From: Neoconidiobolus thromboides FSU 785
Taxonomy: Eukaryota > Fungi > Entomophthoromycota
DNA length: 64,000 nt
Direction: 5' to 3'
Assembly: GCA_025603075.1 (NCBI GenBank)
Contig: MU626292.1
Span: 78,790 to 142,789 of the forward strand
Within the stretch, counting starts at the first letter, position 1; the number at the start of each line of letters is the position of its first letter. A model generated the notes under the pieces. That model did no database searches. It was not told where the DNA came from and saw only the letters and a program-made list of their open reading frames with translations. The translations under genes and the position numbers were made by a program. Below, piece after piece: positions 11,186-23,750 of the stretch.

Positions 11186-12170
11186 ATATACTGTTTTATA
11201 AACTAGAATTAAAATTAAAATTAAATAATTCAACACCATAGTTTATTAGTAATTTTTTATCTATTTTAAGAGCTTTAAAAGCTTTAATAACATTTTTATT
11301 AGATTTATTTTTCATTATATTACATTTAATAAAAAGAATTTTCAACGTTATTTGATTTCATACTTTTTAGCTTATAAACTTATAAATCATAAAACTATAC
11401 TATGTTCGTTTTTTTTCTTTCTAATAAATATCAAATAAAATGAAACTCATTTAATAGAAAATTAGAACCAATAGTATCAATTTATGCTGCTTTATTCTAT
11501 TTTTAATTAGCTATTAGTTAATTGAGGATAGGAACACATCTTGCTCTTATCAAGCTGTTGAAATTAATATCAGGTTTCTGACAAAATATGAAGTTATAGG
11601 AAAATGATAAAAGCGGCCTTTTTAAAAAGCACAGTAAATTGACTATTATTTAATAGTAACCACTTTTTCTAAAGTCATTTCTAAAAGTCAATCTTATCGA
11701 TTACTTTTATAATCAACCAGAAAGTAACAATAACGTATCAACTTTTTTCTAAATACTTTTATTCACTATCTCTCATCTTGTAAAAAATTTAAACTTAAAT
11801 TTAATAACACCATGTCATAAAGAAAGGATAAATAGTCAATGAAATCATTTAATTTGATATGATAAAAAACCTTTTGTTTTATTTGATTTATTTTTAAATA
11901 GACTTCTAATATATAAAATATAGTTTTAAGGTTTTTTCTATTGAAAAAAAAGCGAATTTGAAATTGATATTAATTTACTGTCAAAAGTTCATGTATAAAT
12001 CGTTTTTTTAAAAGGAAGAGTTATATCATTATATTATTTTTCATTTTAACTTACTATTTTTCTATTTGATTTTAAATTCGTGTCTTGTTATAGTAGTTCA
12101 AGTAGATATAGAATATAGTTTAATGATTTGTTATTGACAATAATAAAGTAATAAGAATTAGTAAAGGAAT

Positions 12171-12268
12171 GGAGCTGTTTTTTTAACTTCATAACTTTTT
12201 CCATTTTTTGAGCGCTATTTAAGCGGAGAGATTGTTAGTAAAATTCTTAAATACAAAAATACATTCCC
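12171..12268 (+). mobile_element. MITE family A copy
   Basis: Core conserved; flanks GAAT/AAAT (one mismatch). Confidence 0.8.
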
Positions 12269-12732
12269 AAATACTAATAATTCATAAGTTGAAAACTAGT
12301 TAAATTTTTAAAAGCTAAAAACTCACAGCCAACTAATTTTGAATTTAAAAAAATTAGTAAAAAAATGAGGGGAAGCTTTGTAATACTCCCTGAAACAAGT
12401 TCTATAAATTAAATCAAATCATTTGTTTAATTTGTTAGAAAAATACTAGAGATATTTTTATCAACCCTTAATTTCCTAATATTCATTTAGCATTAATAAT
12501 TATCAAAAAATAAAGTCAAATGAACGCATCAACCTATTCTAACGAATAATCAACATAGCAAACTGATAATAAATTAAATTTCTGTAAGTTCTTAAGGGAA
12601 GACTATGATGTCATAATCCATATCCGTTTTTAGACTTAAAAATAAGTAAGTAATCAAATTTGCTTTTTATTCTCTTAATTTTTTATATAAAAAAACAACA
12701 GAACTTTTTATAACCAAATAATTTACTTTGAA

Positions 12733-13332
12733 ATGCCACCAACGACATATAAATCCCCCCTAAAAGCGAGTTTATCTTTAGATTTAAACTCGGTATCTGG
12801 TCACTGTACGATCCATCCCGAGAATTCAATTGAGTTACCATTATCACCTAGTTTTGATAGTAGCAATTCCACTTTAAATAAAATTTTATCGAATTTTATT
12901 AAAAAAGAAATGTTAGCAACCAGTACCAATACAATTGATATGCTAGATTTAGCTAGTAATAATGTTACTGCAACAATGGAAAGTATGATTGAAAAAAGTA
13001 ATAGTTTATTATTAAAAAAAGAAAAAAGAAGTTTAAGTCCATTTAATGTGCTAACGAAAAAAAATTCAGTAACTTCAAAATCAAACTCCCGTCCCCATCG
13101 TTTACGTACTCGTACTAATACATTTCATACTACTTTTTCACCTTTTTTGTTTCTTTCAAGTGGCCAAAGCAAAAGAAATAGTTTAATCAATGAGAATAAT
13201 AATGAACTTTGTTTTTTTTGTTCGTCCAATTTACCCGAGTTAAAAGAGTGTTCTAATCAACATAATTTGGAAGATCAATTATTCGTTCAGATGGAAGAAT
13301 TGGATCATACTTTTGTTGAGATTAGTTATTGA
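12733..13332 (+). CDS. Hypothetical Ser-rich protein with a C-terminal CxxC...C...H cluster
   Basis: 199-codon ATG-started ORF in very AT-rich DNA where long chance ORFs are rare. No family recognised. Confidence 0.6.
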   Translation: MPPTTYKSPLKASLSLDLNSVSGHCTIHPENSIELPLSPSFDSSNSTLNKILSNFIKKEMLATSTNTIDMLDLASNNVTATMESMIEKSNSLLLKKEKRSLSPFNVLTKKNSVTSKSNSRPHRLRTRTNTFHTTFSPFLFLSSGQSKRNSLINENNNELCFFCSSNLPELKECSNQHNLEDQLFVQMEELDHTFVEISY

Positions 13333-13773
13333 AGAAGAGGAAAGGAGAGGGAGTGTATTTTGGAATGTATTTTTGTTATTTATTTTTTGGACTAGTTTTC
13401 ATGAATTAAAGTGTATTGATTACCTTTAAATTAAAAATATTTTGTTGATTTTGATTTTTATAATTTTAATATTGTCTTTGTTTTTACTATTATTAATAAT
13501 TTAGATATGTTATCACCTTTAATTTTTATAATTTAGAATATTTTTATAATTATTAAATAAATTACCCTATTTAATATATATAAAGATTGTAATATTCAAT
13601 TATTTTAAATATAATGTTTTATATCATTAATAAACCTTTTCAAATGTTTTAAATTGATAAAAATTGAAATAAACCAATCAAACCCCTTCTATCTTTTGAA
13701 AAAGCAGTCTTCTATCTATCAACATGAATTATTTAATTAAAATTTCATTTTCAAATCTTTATTTTAAAAAAAC

Positions 13774-15892
13774 ATGGACACTAATACAGTGTATCCTATT
13801 GAAGCAATAGAAGTAAGATATATTTTCACTTTGCTTTATAAAAAATAAACAAATTTCTACTTTAAAAGGAAGTAGGGGATTCCTTAGGCTTATCTTCGAT
13901 ACCTAAAGATGGTTTATCAAGTTTAGCTGATGATGTTGAGTTTCGTATTAAAGAAGTAGTACAGGTGAGTTGTTTTAATAATACAAATGAAATTATAAGT
14001 ATATTAATAAACTAATCTTATTGTTAGGAAGCTATTAAGTTTATGAAACATGGTAAAAGAGAAAGGTTAACTTTAGATGATATTAATTTAGCGTTAAGAG
14101 TTCGTAGTGTTGAAGTAAGATTTAAATCTATAATTAAATAATAGTAATTTTAATTCATTTCATTTTAGCCATTATATGGGTTTAATTCTAGTGGTGGTTT
14201 AAGGTTTAATAGTGTTAAATATTCAAATCAAGAACTTTATTATTTACAAGATAAAGATATTGAATTAGAGACTTTATTATCAACTCCACTTCCTCCTGCT
14301 CCTATGGACTTAAGTTTTACTGGTAAATTAATTGAATTAGATTTCTATTTGATTTAATTTAATAATATTTTCATGTCACTTAGCTCATTGGCTAGCAGTA
14401 GAAGGTATTCAACCATTAATACCACAAAATCCAATTGAAAGGGGTAAGTAAAATAGATTTACACAATTGTAATCAAACTAACTTGTTATTGACCTAACTT
14501 TATATTATTATTTAATATAGATGAACCTGATAAATTCTTATTAAAAAAGAGTAAAATTAGTATCAATAGCACTATCAAGCCCATAGATAATCTAACTTCC
14601 AATATGGATATGGATGTGAAACCAATTGTAAAACATAATTTAAGTCGAGAATTAAGAAAACATTTTGAAAATTTAGCATCTGCTTTAGTAGCGGAGGATA
14701 TTGAAGTTCAAAAAGCAGCTCATGATTCTTTAAATAAAGATCCAGGTTTACAACAACTATTACCTTATTTTATTCAATATATATCTGAGAAGGTAAATTA
14801 GCATATATGCTAAAATTTTACAAATAATTTATTTTTTTATTATAATTTAGACAGTCAAGAGTTTTGATAAAATTAATATATTAAAGTCTTTATTAACTGC
14901 TTTAGAAATGATTATGTTAAATAGTTATTTTTTTATAACACCCTATGTAAGTCAATTATTCTCATTTATTTGTTATTTTATTAGTTGATTTTTGTTATTT
15001 AGCTTCATCAAATTTGTCCAGTAATACTCACTTGTTTAATTACTAAAAGAATGGGTAATAATATGGAAAGAGAGTTAAGTCATTGGCAACTACGCCATCA
15101 AGCCAGTGATTTATTAAGATTAATTTATCAAAAAATTGAATTTACTCATCCAAATGCAAGACCTAAGATAGTTAAAACTTTATTTTCAGCTATTTTTGAT
15201 CCGCAATCAACTATCACTACGTTTTATGGGGGTATCTTAGGTATTAAAACATTGAGTGATTCTTTATTTGATAGTTGCATTCCACCCAATTTAAATTCTA
15301 TTTCAATGAAATTACAAAGCTTTAATGGGAAGGAAGAGTCAAGAGAAATAATTAGATGTATGGAAATGATAGTGGTAAGTGAAGATTTATATTTATATTT
15401 ATTTATTTTAATTATTATTCTTAATATTTTATTTAATTCATTACTGAGGATCTTTATTTTAATATAATAAATTAGGACTTTCTAGCGGATGCTGCCGAGA
15501 ATAAAAAATATTTGCAAAATGAATCTGCAATCTCAATTGTAAAATTAAATCAATTAATTCCCTATCAACCTTTAGCCCAAGAAATTATTAAATCACAACA
15601 TTTTAAATCAATTTGTGTATATTTAAATCAAGTTATTTTTAATAATAAAAATGAAAAGGAGAATATTGTCAATGTTGAAAAAGGAAATTTAGAATTGGAA
15701 AAGACGGAGAAAATTGAGAGTGTTCAAGAAATGGAAACAGATAAGGAAACAGAAAACAAGATTGAACATAAGAATGAAGAGAACAAAGTAGAAAATAAAG
15801 AAAATGATAGTGATAATATGGATTCTAATGAAAATGACAAACAAATAATGGAAGAGGAAGATGATGACGATGATCAATGGGATGAAGAATAA
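13774..15892 (+). CDS. TAF6: TFIID/SAGA subunit TAF6 (spliced)
   Basis: LADDVEFRIKEVVQ|EAIKFMKHGKRERLTLDDINLALRVRSVE|PLYGF (histone fold); HWLAVEGIQPLIPQNP; VKHNLSREL; DPGLQQLLPYF; HWQLR; FYGGILGI. Confidence 0.95.
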
Positions 15893-16234
15893 TATGAATT
15901 TTATATATGCTGTTATTCTAAATCAATAAGACTTAAAATTAATGAGTATTTAATAATACTACAAAATAAAATGCTGTAGTTATAAATAAATGATCAAAGT
16001 GAAGAATCCAAGTTAAAATAATAAACTATATATTTTTATTAATAATTGCTTTTTAAATCCAAATTTTTTATATGATAAACAATAGTAATAATAATGATTT
16101 TATAATAAAAAGTTTAATTTAAAAAAACTCACAAATAATAAAAGTTAAAAGATCGTAGTAGAATAAAAAAAGAATTGAGCAAATAATTTGTTTGATGCAG
16201 TATAAATAAAGTAGCAAGACAAATTGATCTTGCA

Positions 16235-17739
16235 TTAAATCCAAGAAGCTACTTGTTTCTTATTACTATCATCAATTTCATTTTGATTATTGTTATCGTT
16301 ATTTCCAACTTGAGTATCTTCCTCCAATAATAATTTGTTTAATTCTACCTCTTGATTTTTACTCAAATAAATGGGTTTTTGGTCATTTAATATACATTCT
16401 TTAGTAATAACTACAAATTTAACACTTGTTCCTGGCACATCATACATGGGTTCCAATAATATTTTTTCCTATTAAATGTATTTATAAATAATTAAATAAA
16501 CAATAATTATTAGTTATTATTTTGATATATACAAAACAAATTTACCATAATCCTTCTTAATCCTCTAGCTCCAGTTTGTTTTTTAATAGCTAATTGAGCA
16601 ATTGCTTTTAAAGAAGAATTGGTAAATTTTAATTGGATCTAAAATAATTTATATAAAATTAATTTATTTATATTAAAAACAAAATTATTAATTAAAATTA
16701 TTTTAGAATTTACCTTATTTAAATTAAATAATCCTTGATATTGTTTAATTAGGCAATTTTTAGGTTCAGTTAATACTCGAATTAAAGAAGATTCATCTAA
16801 TGAAGTGACATTAGCTAATACAGGTAATCGTCCAATAAATTCGGGTATTAATCCATATTTTATTAAATCTAAATATTAATAATTAATGATTAATATTATT
16901 ATGACTATAACTATTACCCATAGGTTCTACTAATTCTAAATAGTCCATTTGATTATTAATTTCATTGTTACTATCTAAGTTCCCTTTTTTAATTGGCGCA
17001 TTAAAACCAATAGACTAAATAAATAAATAATATTAATATTAAAATAATAAATAAAACAAATAAATAAATAAGCTTACTGATTTTGCTAATCTATTCGCAA
17101 TAATTTTTTCTAAACCAACAAAAGCTCCTGATAAAATAAATAAAATATTAGAAGTATCTACTGTAAACGTATCCCCTTTATTTCCGCCTGATAAATTAGA
17201 ATTATTATTAGAATTGGGATTTTTCCTATTAGATGAGCCATTTTTATCTGTTATTGTTATTGTTGTTCCTTCTAACATTCTTAATAACGCTTGTTGAACT
17301 CCCTCTCCTGACACATCTTTAGAAATCGATAAAGCATCTGGTCGCCTTGCTATTTTATCGATTTCATCAATAAATACAATGCCTTGTTCTGCTTTTTTAA
17401 TATCATAATCACAATTCTAATTTATTATCATTATTAAATATTAAACTATTTAAGATTAAAATTACTTGTAATAATCTTTGAATAACTAATTCTACATCTT
17501 CACCTACATAACCGGCTTGTGTAAATGGTGTTGCATCTGACATTGAAAATGGTACTTTTAATATATTAGCTAATGTTCTTGCTAATAATGTTTTTCCTAA
17601 ATTATTTAATATTAGTTACTAAAATAGTAGATTATTTATATTCTATTTAGTTTTACCTGATCCTGTTGGTCCTAATAATAATACGTTGCTTTTATCAAAT
17701 GTTGTATCCAATATACAATTTTCATTTTCACTATTGATT

Positions 17740-17783
<44 letters not shown>

Positions 17784-18684
17784 TAAATGATCTGAACTTG
17801 GATTAATCCAGTTTCTTTTTAATTGATGATATTGGAATGAAGTAGTATTCGTAACAGGTAATGGAACTAAATAGTAAACGTTAATAAAAAACAGAAACCT
17901 TTTCTTATAAAATTTAACTTACTTCTTGAAATTGTTGAGTTACTATGATGTTGATTAATTGTATTAATATCATTATTTAAATCAAAATTAATATCTTCAT
18001 TATATTTACTATTAATTCCATTGTGTTGTTGTTGATGGTTCATATTATTAGTATTGATATTTTGTTGATATTTCATTTTATTATTAGCTTTAACTCGATT
18101 ATAATGATTAAATAAAGCTACTGATAATATTTTTTTAGCTCTTTCTTGACCAATTACATAATCATCTAAATGTTTATTAATCTAAATAAATATAATAAAT
18201 TAATAAATTAACAATGAAATTTTATCTTACCATTCGTGGAGTAGTTAATAAATTATTAAAGCCAAAATCTTCTTCTTCTTCTTCTTCAATAATTTCATTA
18301 TCGATATGTTCAAATCCACCACCATAATTATACGTTTGTTTATCCATTTTAGATGTAAATATATGACTATGGTTATTACCATTATTATTATTATTTAATT
18401 TATCTTTATCTTTATTACAAGTTGTAATAATATCTATAAGAGAAAAAAAAGAGATCAGTTTTTTTTAACAATAATAGATTGATAATAATAATAATACCTC
18501 TTGTAACACCATTATTTTTTTCCCATTTTTTTTTAATCAATTCTCCATTAGATTTGGTTTTCTTTTCTTTTTTTTGAATTACTGAACTATTACTATTATT
18601 CAAATTACTCGTATAACAACGAGTTAATAAACATTGAAATGGATAAATTTGTATTGTTTTTTTCTTTGGAATTAGAAGCATCAT
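16235..18684 (-). CDS. clpX: Mitochondrial ClpX AAA+ unfoldase (spliced)
   Basis: [12 protein letters not shown]; LLGPTGS|[10 protein letters not shown]; [11 protein letters not shown]; [10 protein letters not shown]; [18 protein letters not shown]; [11 protein letters not shown]. Poly-Asn inserts come from a (TAT)n tract at 17740-17782. Confidence 0.95.
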
Positions 18685-19016
18685 AGTTAAAAGTTTCTCT
18701 TATTGCCGTTGTTGTTTAAAAAAGTTATGTAGAAATATAAAAAATGAGAAAAAATATAGTTAAAATATTTATTATAAATATTCCTCAGTATGCTCAATTA
18801 GCCAAATGTGACGGTTAAAATCGTGCTAAATCAGATTAGTTTATTTTTAAGCCCATCAATCAAACTTCATTATGTAACCCAATGTTATCCTTTAATTTGT
18901 TAAAAATCCTTTCTTATGCTTATGAATCAAAAATGCAAGTAACCTTTAAAACAAAAAGGAGTTAAGATGAGTAATCCAAATTTTATTAATATGTCATCTC
19001 CTTCAAAAGTACTTCA

Positions 19017-19916
19017 TTAATAAAACCAAGCCATTTGAGGAAGTATAGCATGTCGATTTTTAACAATATGTTTATATTTGGGCATATTTTCAAAATACCA
19101 ATGATGATTAGAATAAGCGGTAATGATAAGATTCAGAACTACCAATAGCGAGATGAAGATTAAGTTTAAAGACTTAAATTGGTCCATTAATAAAAAAGAA
19201 AGATAGATTAGTAACTCATGATAATAATGGGGGTTACTACAATATTTGAAATAAGAAGTTAATGGTAAGGAATATTTTTCTTTAATATCATTATTTCGTA
19301 AGTTAGCTAGATCAACGTGGCAGTTGAATTGATGATAACTTGAATAAAAAAATAAGGCGATGGAAAAATAAAAGGTAACATCCGTAGTTAATGAGGTATG
19401 GTTTTGTTTATAGATAGCATAGCTTAATACAGCATTAAAATTTAATAATAAACTTAAATTAAAGTAATAGTAGATGCCTAGTAATAAAATCAACACATTC
19501 ATTTTTGAATTGGCTGAAAACTGGTGAATCTTTATCGTTTCATAATACCTTCTAAAACCTTGAAACTGTAATAACAAAGGTAAATAAATAGCATGTTCTG
19601 AAATGGTATTTGTATTATAATACTTGGAATAATAGTTTATATCCAAGTTGTATTCAATTAACAATTGATTTTTATAAAAAAAATTGAAGCTGACAAAAAG
19701 TAAATTGGTAACTATTAAAAATAAATAAAAACAATTAAACTTTTTTTTAGATATTGTTAACCAACCACTTTTCATTCTATTATCTTTGTTTCGTCCATAG
19801 TGAATAATATTTTGTTTTATAAATTGATTTTGATTTAATATTAATAATAAAATTATACATAAAATTATTCCTTTTTGATTAATTTCTAAGATTGAATGGA
19901 TTACACTTAACATCAT
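19017..19916 (-). CDS. Steroid 5-alpha-reductase family membrane protein, probably polyprenol reductase (DFG10/SRD5A3-like)
   Basis: Multiple TM segments; YHQFNCHVDLANLR...YSLP...FKYCSNPHYYHELLIY; NHHWY...RHAILP. Subfamily assignment is inferred. Confidence 0.82.
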   Translation of the reverse strand: MMLSVIHSILEINQKGIILCIILLLILNQNQFIKQNIIHYGRNKDNRMKSGWLTISKKKFNCFYLFLIVTNLLFVSFNFFYKNQLLIEYNLDINYYSKYYNTNTISEHAIYLPLLLQFQGFRRYYETIKIHQFSANSKMNVLILLLGIYYYFNLSLLLNFNAVLSYAIYKQNHTSLTTDVTFYFSIALFFYSSYHQFNCHVDLANLRNNDIKEKYSLPLTSYFKYCSNPHYYHELLIYLSFLLMDQFKSLNLIFISLLVVLNLIITAYSNHHWYFENMPKYKHIVKNRHAILPQMAWFY

Positions 19917-20545
19917 TTGAGATTATTAAGACTTATTAAATTGAAACTTCTCTCGAATTTTTATTTCTATTTTAACCCCTTTTCTACTTGTACTCACTTA
20001 CTCCTTCAACCTCAAGGCATTATTGCAAAAACTTTAAGAATTGAGTGCAAAAATAAGCTTTCAAATAACTAGTTGATGAGAGCTGCCATTGGGTTAAAAG
20101 AATGCAAATTTTAGTTATTTTTGGCTAAAAATTGGTTAACTTTTGATCATTAACTCAAATTGGTATAGCTTTATTAACTATTAATTTAACCGATTAGTAA
20201 TCCCGCTTTAGGTGGTTGTGATACAGTTTTTCCGTATGTCGGTGGTGGTTGAATGTAAATAAAGACGAGATAAAGGAATTGTAATTTATTTGTTTAAATA
20301 ATATTATGAGAGTTTTGTCTTTGTGAGTATATATGTTTTTTGTCATTGTTTTGTTTTTTTCTCTTTATTAAAATTAACTTTAAACTAATATTATCAATTA
20401 ATTAAGAAAGCCCATCATTGTTAATATTTTAATTCAATTAAAATGAAGCTTAAAAAAATTAATGAAAGCCTTAAAAGAATAAAAAATCATTAAAATAAAA
20501 TAACTTATTTCTTTTAAATTTAAATATAAAATTATCAACTACAAA

Positions 20546-21082
20546 ATGGAAAAAATGCTACAATTAAAAGAAACTATGCATAAAAATTATAATCGAATTG
20601 ATGAAGATGAAGTAGAATTAACTTCTTTAATTGAAAAAGGAAGAGAATCAAGAACAGAAGATTATTTTGAGTCTGCAGGCCATAGTAGCAATCTACGTCT
20701 AGAAAGACGAGGTAGTCAATTATTATCCAATGGTTTATCCCTGACTAGCATTCTATATAGTGATCAGTTTCTGACTTTATATCCCACTAAAATTGAAGTC
20801 AAGCATTATTATTTCCCATTAGGAAAATCTAAGTTCATTGATATAGTTGATATAGTATCCCTATCTACTCCAGAAGTGATGAATTTACCTTGGTGGGATT
20901 ATATGAATTGGGGAAGAGGATACAATTCAATTTGGTGGGCTAAAGATAATGAACGTGGTTTAGAAAAAAAGTTTCAAGCGATTATTATTAAACAAAGAGG
21001 AGAGAATACATTGAAAGCATTTTCAACTGAAAATAGAGTTAGAGTCATGGATATTTTAAAGGAAAGGTTGATGCTTTGTTAA
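20546..21082 (+). CDS. Hypothetical protein with a YYFP / WG / WW..D..R signature (probable PH-like fold)
   Basis: 178-codon intronless ORF with a globular, aromatic-rich C-terminal domain. Family resemblance is from memory only. Confidence 0.7.
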   Translation: MEKMLQLKETMHKNYNRIDEDEVELTSLIEKGRESRTEDYFESAGHSSNLRLERRGSQLLSNGLSLTSILYSDQFLTLYPTKIEVKHYYFPLGKSKFIDIVDIVSLSTPEVMNLPWWDYMNWGRGYNSIWWAKDNERGLEKKFQAIIIKQRGENTLKAFSTENRVRVMDILKERLMLC

Positions 21083-21750
21083 ATTTTAAAAAGTGGTGGA
21101 GAGGTACCAACTAGGGGATAAGCTTGAAGTGGATGAACTGGTTTTATTTGGATTGTCTTATTTTATTATCCTAAATAAACTTTTTTTAAGTTATTATACT
21201 GTTAAGGAGGTTGAATGAATTGCTTAAAACTTGAATTGGAAGGTAAAATAAATTCAAGATAGATTCATTTTTAGAAATCTAGTTTAATGAAGGAGAGCTC
21301 AATCTCTACTATTAATGTTTTTTGGTAAATACTTAATAATGCTTGAATAGATTACTGTATTTTAGTACAACAAAATGACAAGATAACGTGCATTTAGAAT
21401 CTACACATTGCAAGTAAAGTAATTTAATATCAAACATACAATAATGTATATCAACTAAAAAGGAGTTAATATTAAGTTTAAAAAAAGGTCGTATAAGGCT
21501 AATAAAGTGATTCATTTATTTGATAGATATTATATATTTAATATTGTATTAATGTAGTTTTAAATAAATCGTTTTAATAAATTTAAAAAATGAAATAGAG
21601 TTTATAACAAATTTGTTTAAAAGAAAAACAGGTAGCAATAATCTTATAAACTATAAAAGAAACTTTATGCTTAATTAATATTTAGAAAATACTATAATAA
21701 ATGATTGATATTTATTACTATTACTTAATATAAGCTTGTATATTAAATTA

Positions 21751-21906
21751 TAGCTGTTGTAACTCTTGCGATTTTTTTAGCTGGGTTTTCTATAACATTT
21801 ATAACCATTTTTTCTATGATTAGTTCTCACATTTTAACAAAATTTTGATATATCAGCTTTTTCTTAAATGAGTAGTTAATTAAGTAGAAAGAGTTACAAC
21901 AGCTAT
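21751..21906. mobile_element. TA-flanked MITE-like element (family C)
   Basis: Perfect 21-bp inverted repeat ATTATAGCTGTTGTAACTCTT (21747-21767) / AAGAGTTACAACAGCTATAAT (21889-21909) around an AT-rich interior. Confidence 0.55.
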
Positions 21907-22071
21907 AATAATAAAGAAGTCAAAGTAACAACTTTAGATCAATTTAACCAATAATATTAGTTTGCAATGAATTTCAATTAAAAAACATTATCATAAATCA
22001 AAAAATTAAAGTTTATTCACTTATATTTTAGAACAAAATGGCACTCAAGTTTGATCAATTGACTAATATTT

Positions 22072-22168
22072 GGGGATGTATTTTTTTGTTTAAGAATTTT
22101 ACTACAACCTTTCCACTCAAATAGTGCTTAAAAATGGAAAAAATAATGAAACAAAAAAAAACAGCCCC
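22072..22168 (-). mobile_element. MITE family A copy
   Basis: GGGG...CCCC ends with ATTT on both flanks. Confidence 0.85.
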
Positions 22169-22184
22169 ATTTATTAAAAGATAT

Positions 22185-22278
22185 GGGGATGTTTTTTTTT
22201 GATTTCATTATTTTTTCCATTTTTAAGCGCTATTTGAGTAGGAAATTTGTTAGTAAAATTCTTAAAAAATACATCCCC
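22185..22278 (+). mobile_element. MITE family A copy (inverted partner of 22072)
   Basis: GGGG...CCCC ends with ATAT on both flanks. Confidence 0.85.
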
Positions 22279-22981
22279 ATATGTCCAAATTACTACCTTT
22301 AAAGGATTTATTTATATTTTTTATGTAAGTATTTATTTTGTATTAAAAATGGAATAATTTGGTATAATCTAATTTATTCAATATATAATCAAAATATAAT
22401 TCTTAAATATCATTATTATCAAAATAAACTAATCAAGGAGAACAAATTAATATTAAAACATATAAATATGTGTGATAATATAATAAAATATTTAAACCAC
22501 TTTGAAGTGTTCAAGTCCAAAGCAATAATACTATAACTGAAAAGATGATTAAATGTTTAAATTTAGATATATTAAAGTTATTTATAACTTATAATTTATA
22601 ATGTTAACATGTTTTTTTAATATGTCAAATATTATTAAAACTAAACAAGAATCTTAAACACTATGATAACTTAAATTAAATGAAAAATGTGGAATTAATA
22701 AATTATGATTATATTTTTATAAACAAAAATTAAATTAGTATGAAATTAATTAAAAATAATAATATCACTGCTTTAAATACTTTCAGGCTAAGATTCCAAC
22801 TTGATTGCAATTTTTATAAGTCAACAACATTAAAAAAATATTTGACAAAGTGAAGCTAAATAAAATAAGTTTAAATGATAAAGCTTATAATTTATAGAAT
22901 TGAGCTATGTTTTTATTATTAATCATACTTTTTATATTTATTATAATATGTTATTATAAACTATTAAAAAGTATTATATGG

Positions 22982-23441
22982 TGTAAAATCTGATACTCAG
23001 TGTTTGGAGTCAAGAACAGCTATTACCTGGTTGACTACACTATAGGTTGAAAGGTCTTAGTTTATGTGACTAAGATAGACTTGGATTATGAACAATAGCA
23101 TGTTATAGGCTACAGAATAAGACAAATATAATAGATAATATTAATTTAAGATCTACGTAAAATACTATTAAGAAAACTTAGTGACTTTATTAAATGTGCC
23201 AGATATCAGAGAATAACTCAGTTAAAAACCCTCTAGCTACTGTGTTTTAGAATCTCTTTTACACTCCGACAAATATAGATATCAAAACAAGAGGATAACA
23301 TTCTTTGAGACGAAGATAGAAATTCTCATAGCAAATCAAACTAAGAACGTGGGATTAATTTTCTCTAAAATCGGGAACACAACAGCTTAGGCGATTATTA
23401 TGCTATAATTAATTATGGGACTGACAAGGCGACATTTCACA
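22982..23441 (+). repeat. Repeat family B, full-length copy
   Basis: Ends TGTAAAATC...ATTTCACA; about 460 bp; no clear target duplication. Confidence 0.78.
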
Positions 23442-23448
23442 ATAATAT

Positions 23449-23496
23449 GGGAATGTATTTTTGCGTTTAAGAATTTTACTAGTAATTTTTCTACCT
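23449..23496 (-). mobile_element. MITE family A half copy
   Basis: ATAT-GGGAATGTATTTTTGCGTTTAAGAATTTTACTAGT, then homology stops. Confidence 0.65.
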
Positions 23497-23750
23497 GATA
23501 TAAAAAACTTTATTTGCAATTTATTAAAACATATCATATTGCTAAATTAAAACAAATTATAAAATATTTAGTTTTAAAAAAATCTTTTTATTATTATTTT
23601 ATTACTTTAATTTAAAGTGAACCATTATTAGATTATTAAATAGCTTTTATTTTTATTTGAATTAGCTATCGTTTATATATAGATATATGTTAAGTTTAAC
23701 ATACTAAAAAGCAGTTATTTGTTTTATTTGACAAAGTAAAAAATACAAAT

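Noticed and set aside
10758-11239. Short ORFs 10758-10964 and 11045-11239
   Set aside because: They run through MITE and repeat-B sequence, and the other repeat-B copies have stops in the equivalent frame.
15689-15877. Hydrophobic F/I-rich antisense ORFs (15689, 26205, 58467, 59042, 59295)
   Set aside because: Reverse-strand readings of K/E/N/D-rich exons or AT-rich spacers, which give false membrane-like peptides.
17740-17782. (TAT)n tract in ClpX and (TGT/TGC)n tract at 61154-61183
   Set aside because: Ordinary poly-Asn and poly-Gln coding microsatellites typical of AT-rich genomes.
20190-20260. GC-richer patch between the DFG10-like gene and the 20546 gene (possible small exon or ncRNA)
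   Set aside because: No start codon or splice context for the PPTY-containing frame and no snoRNA boxes or stable fold that I could support.
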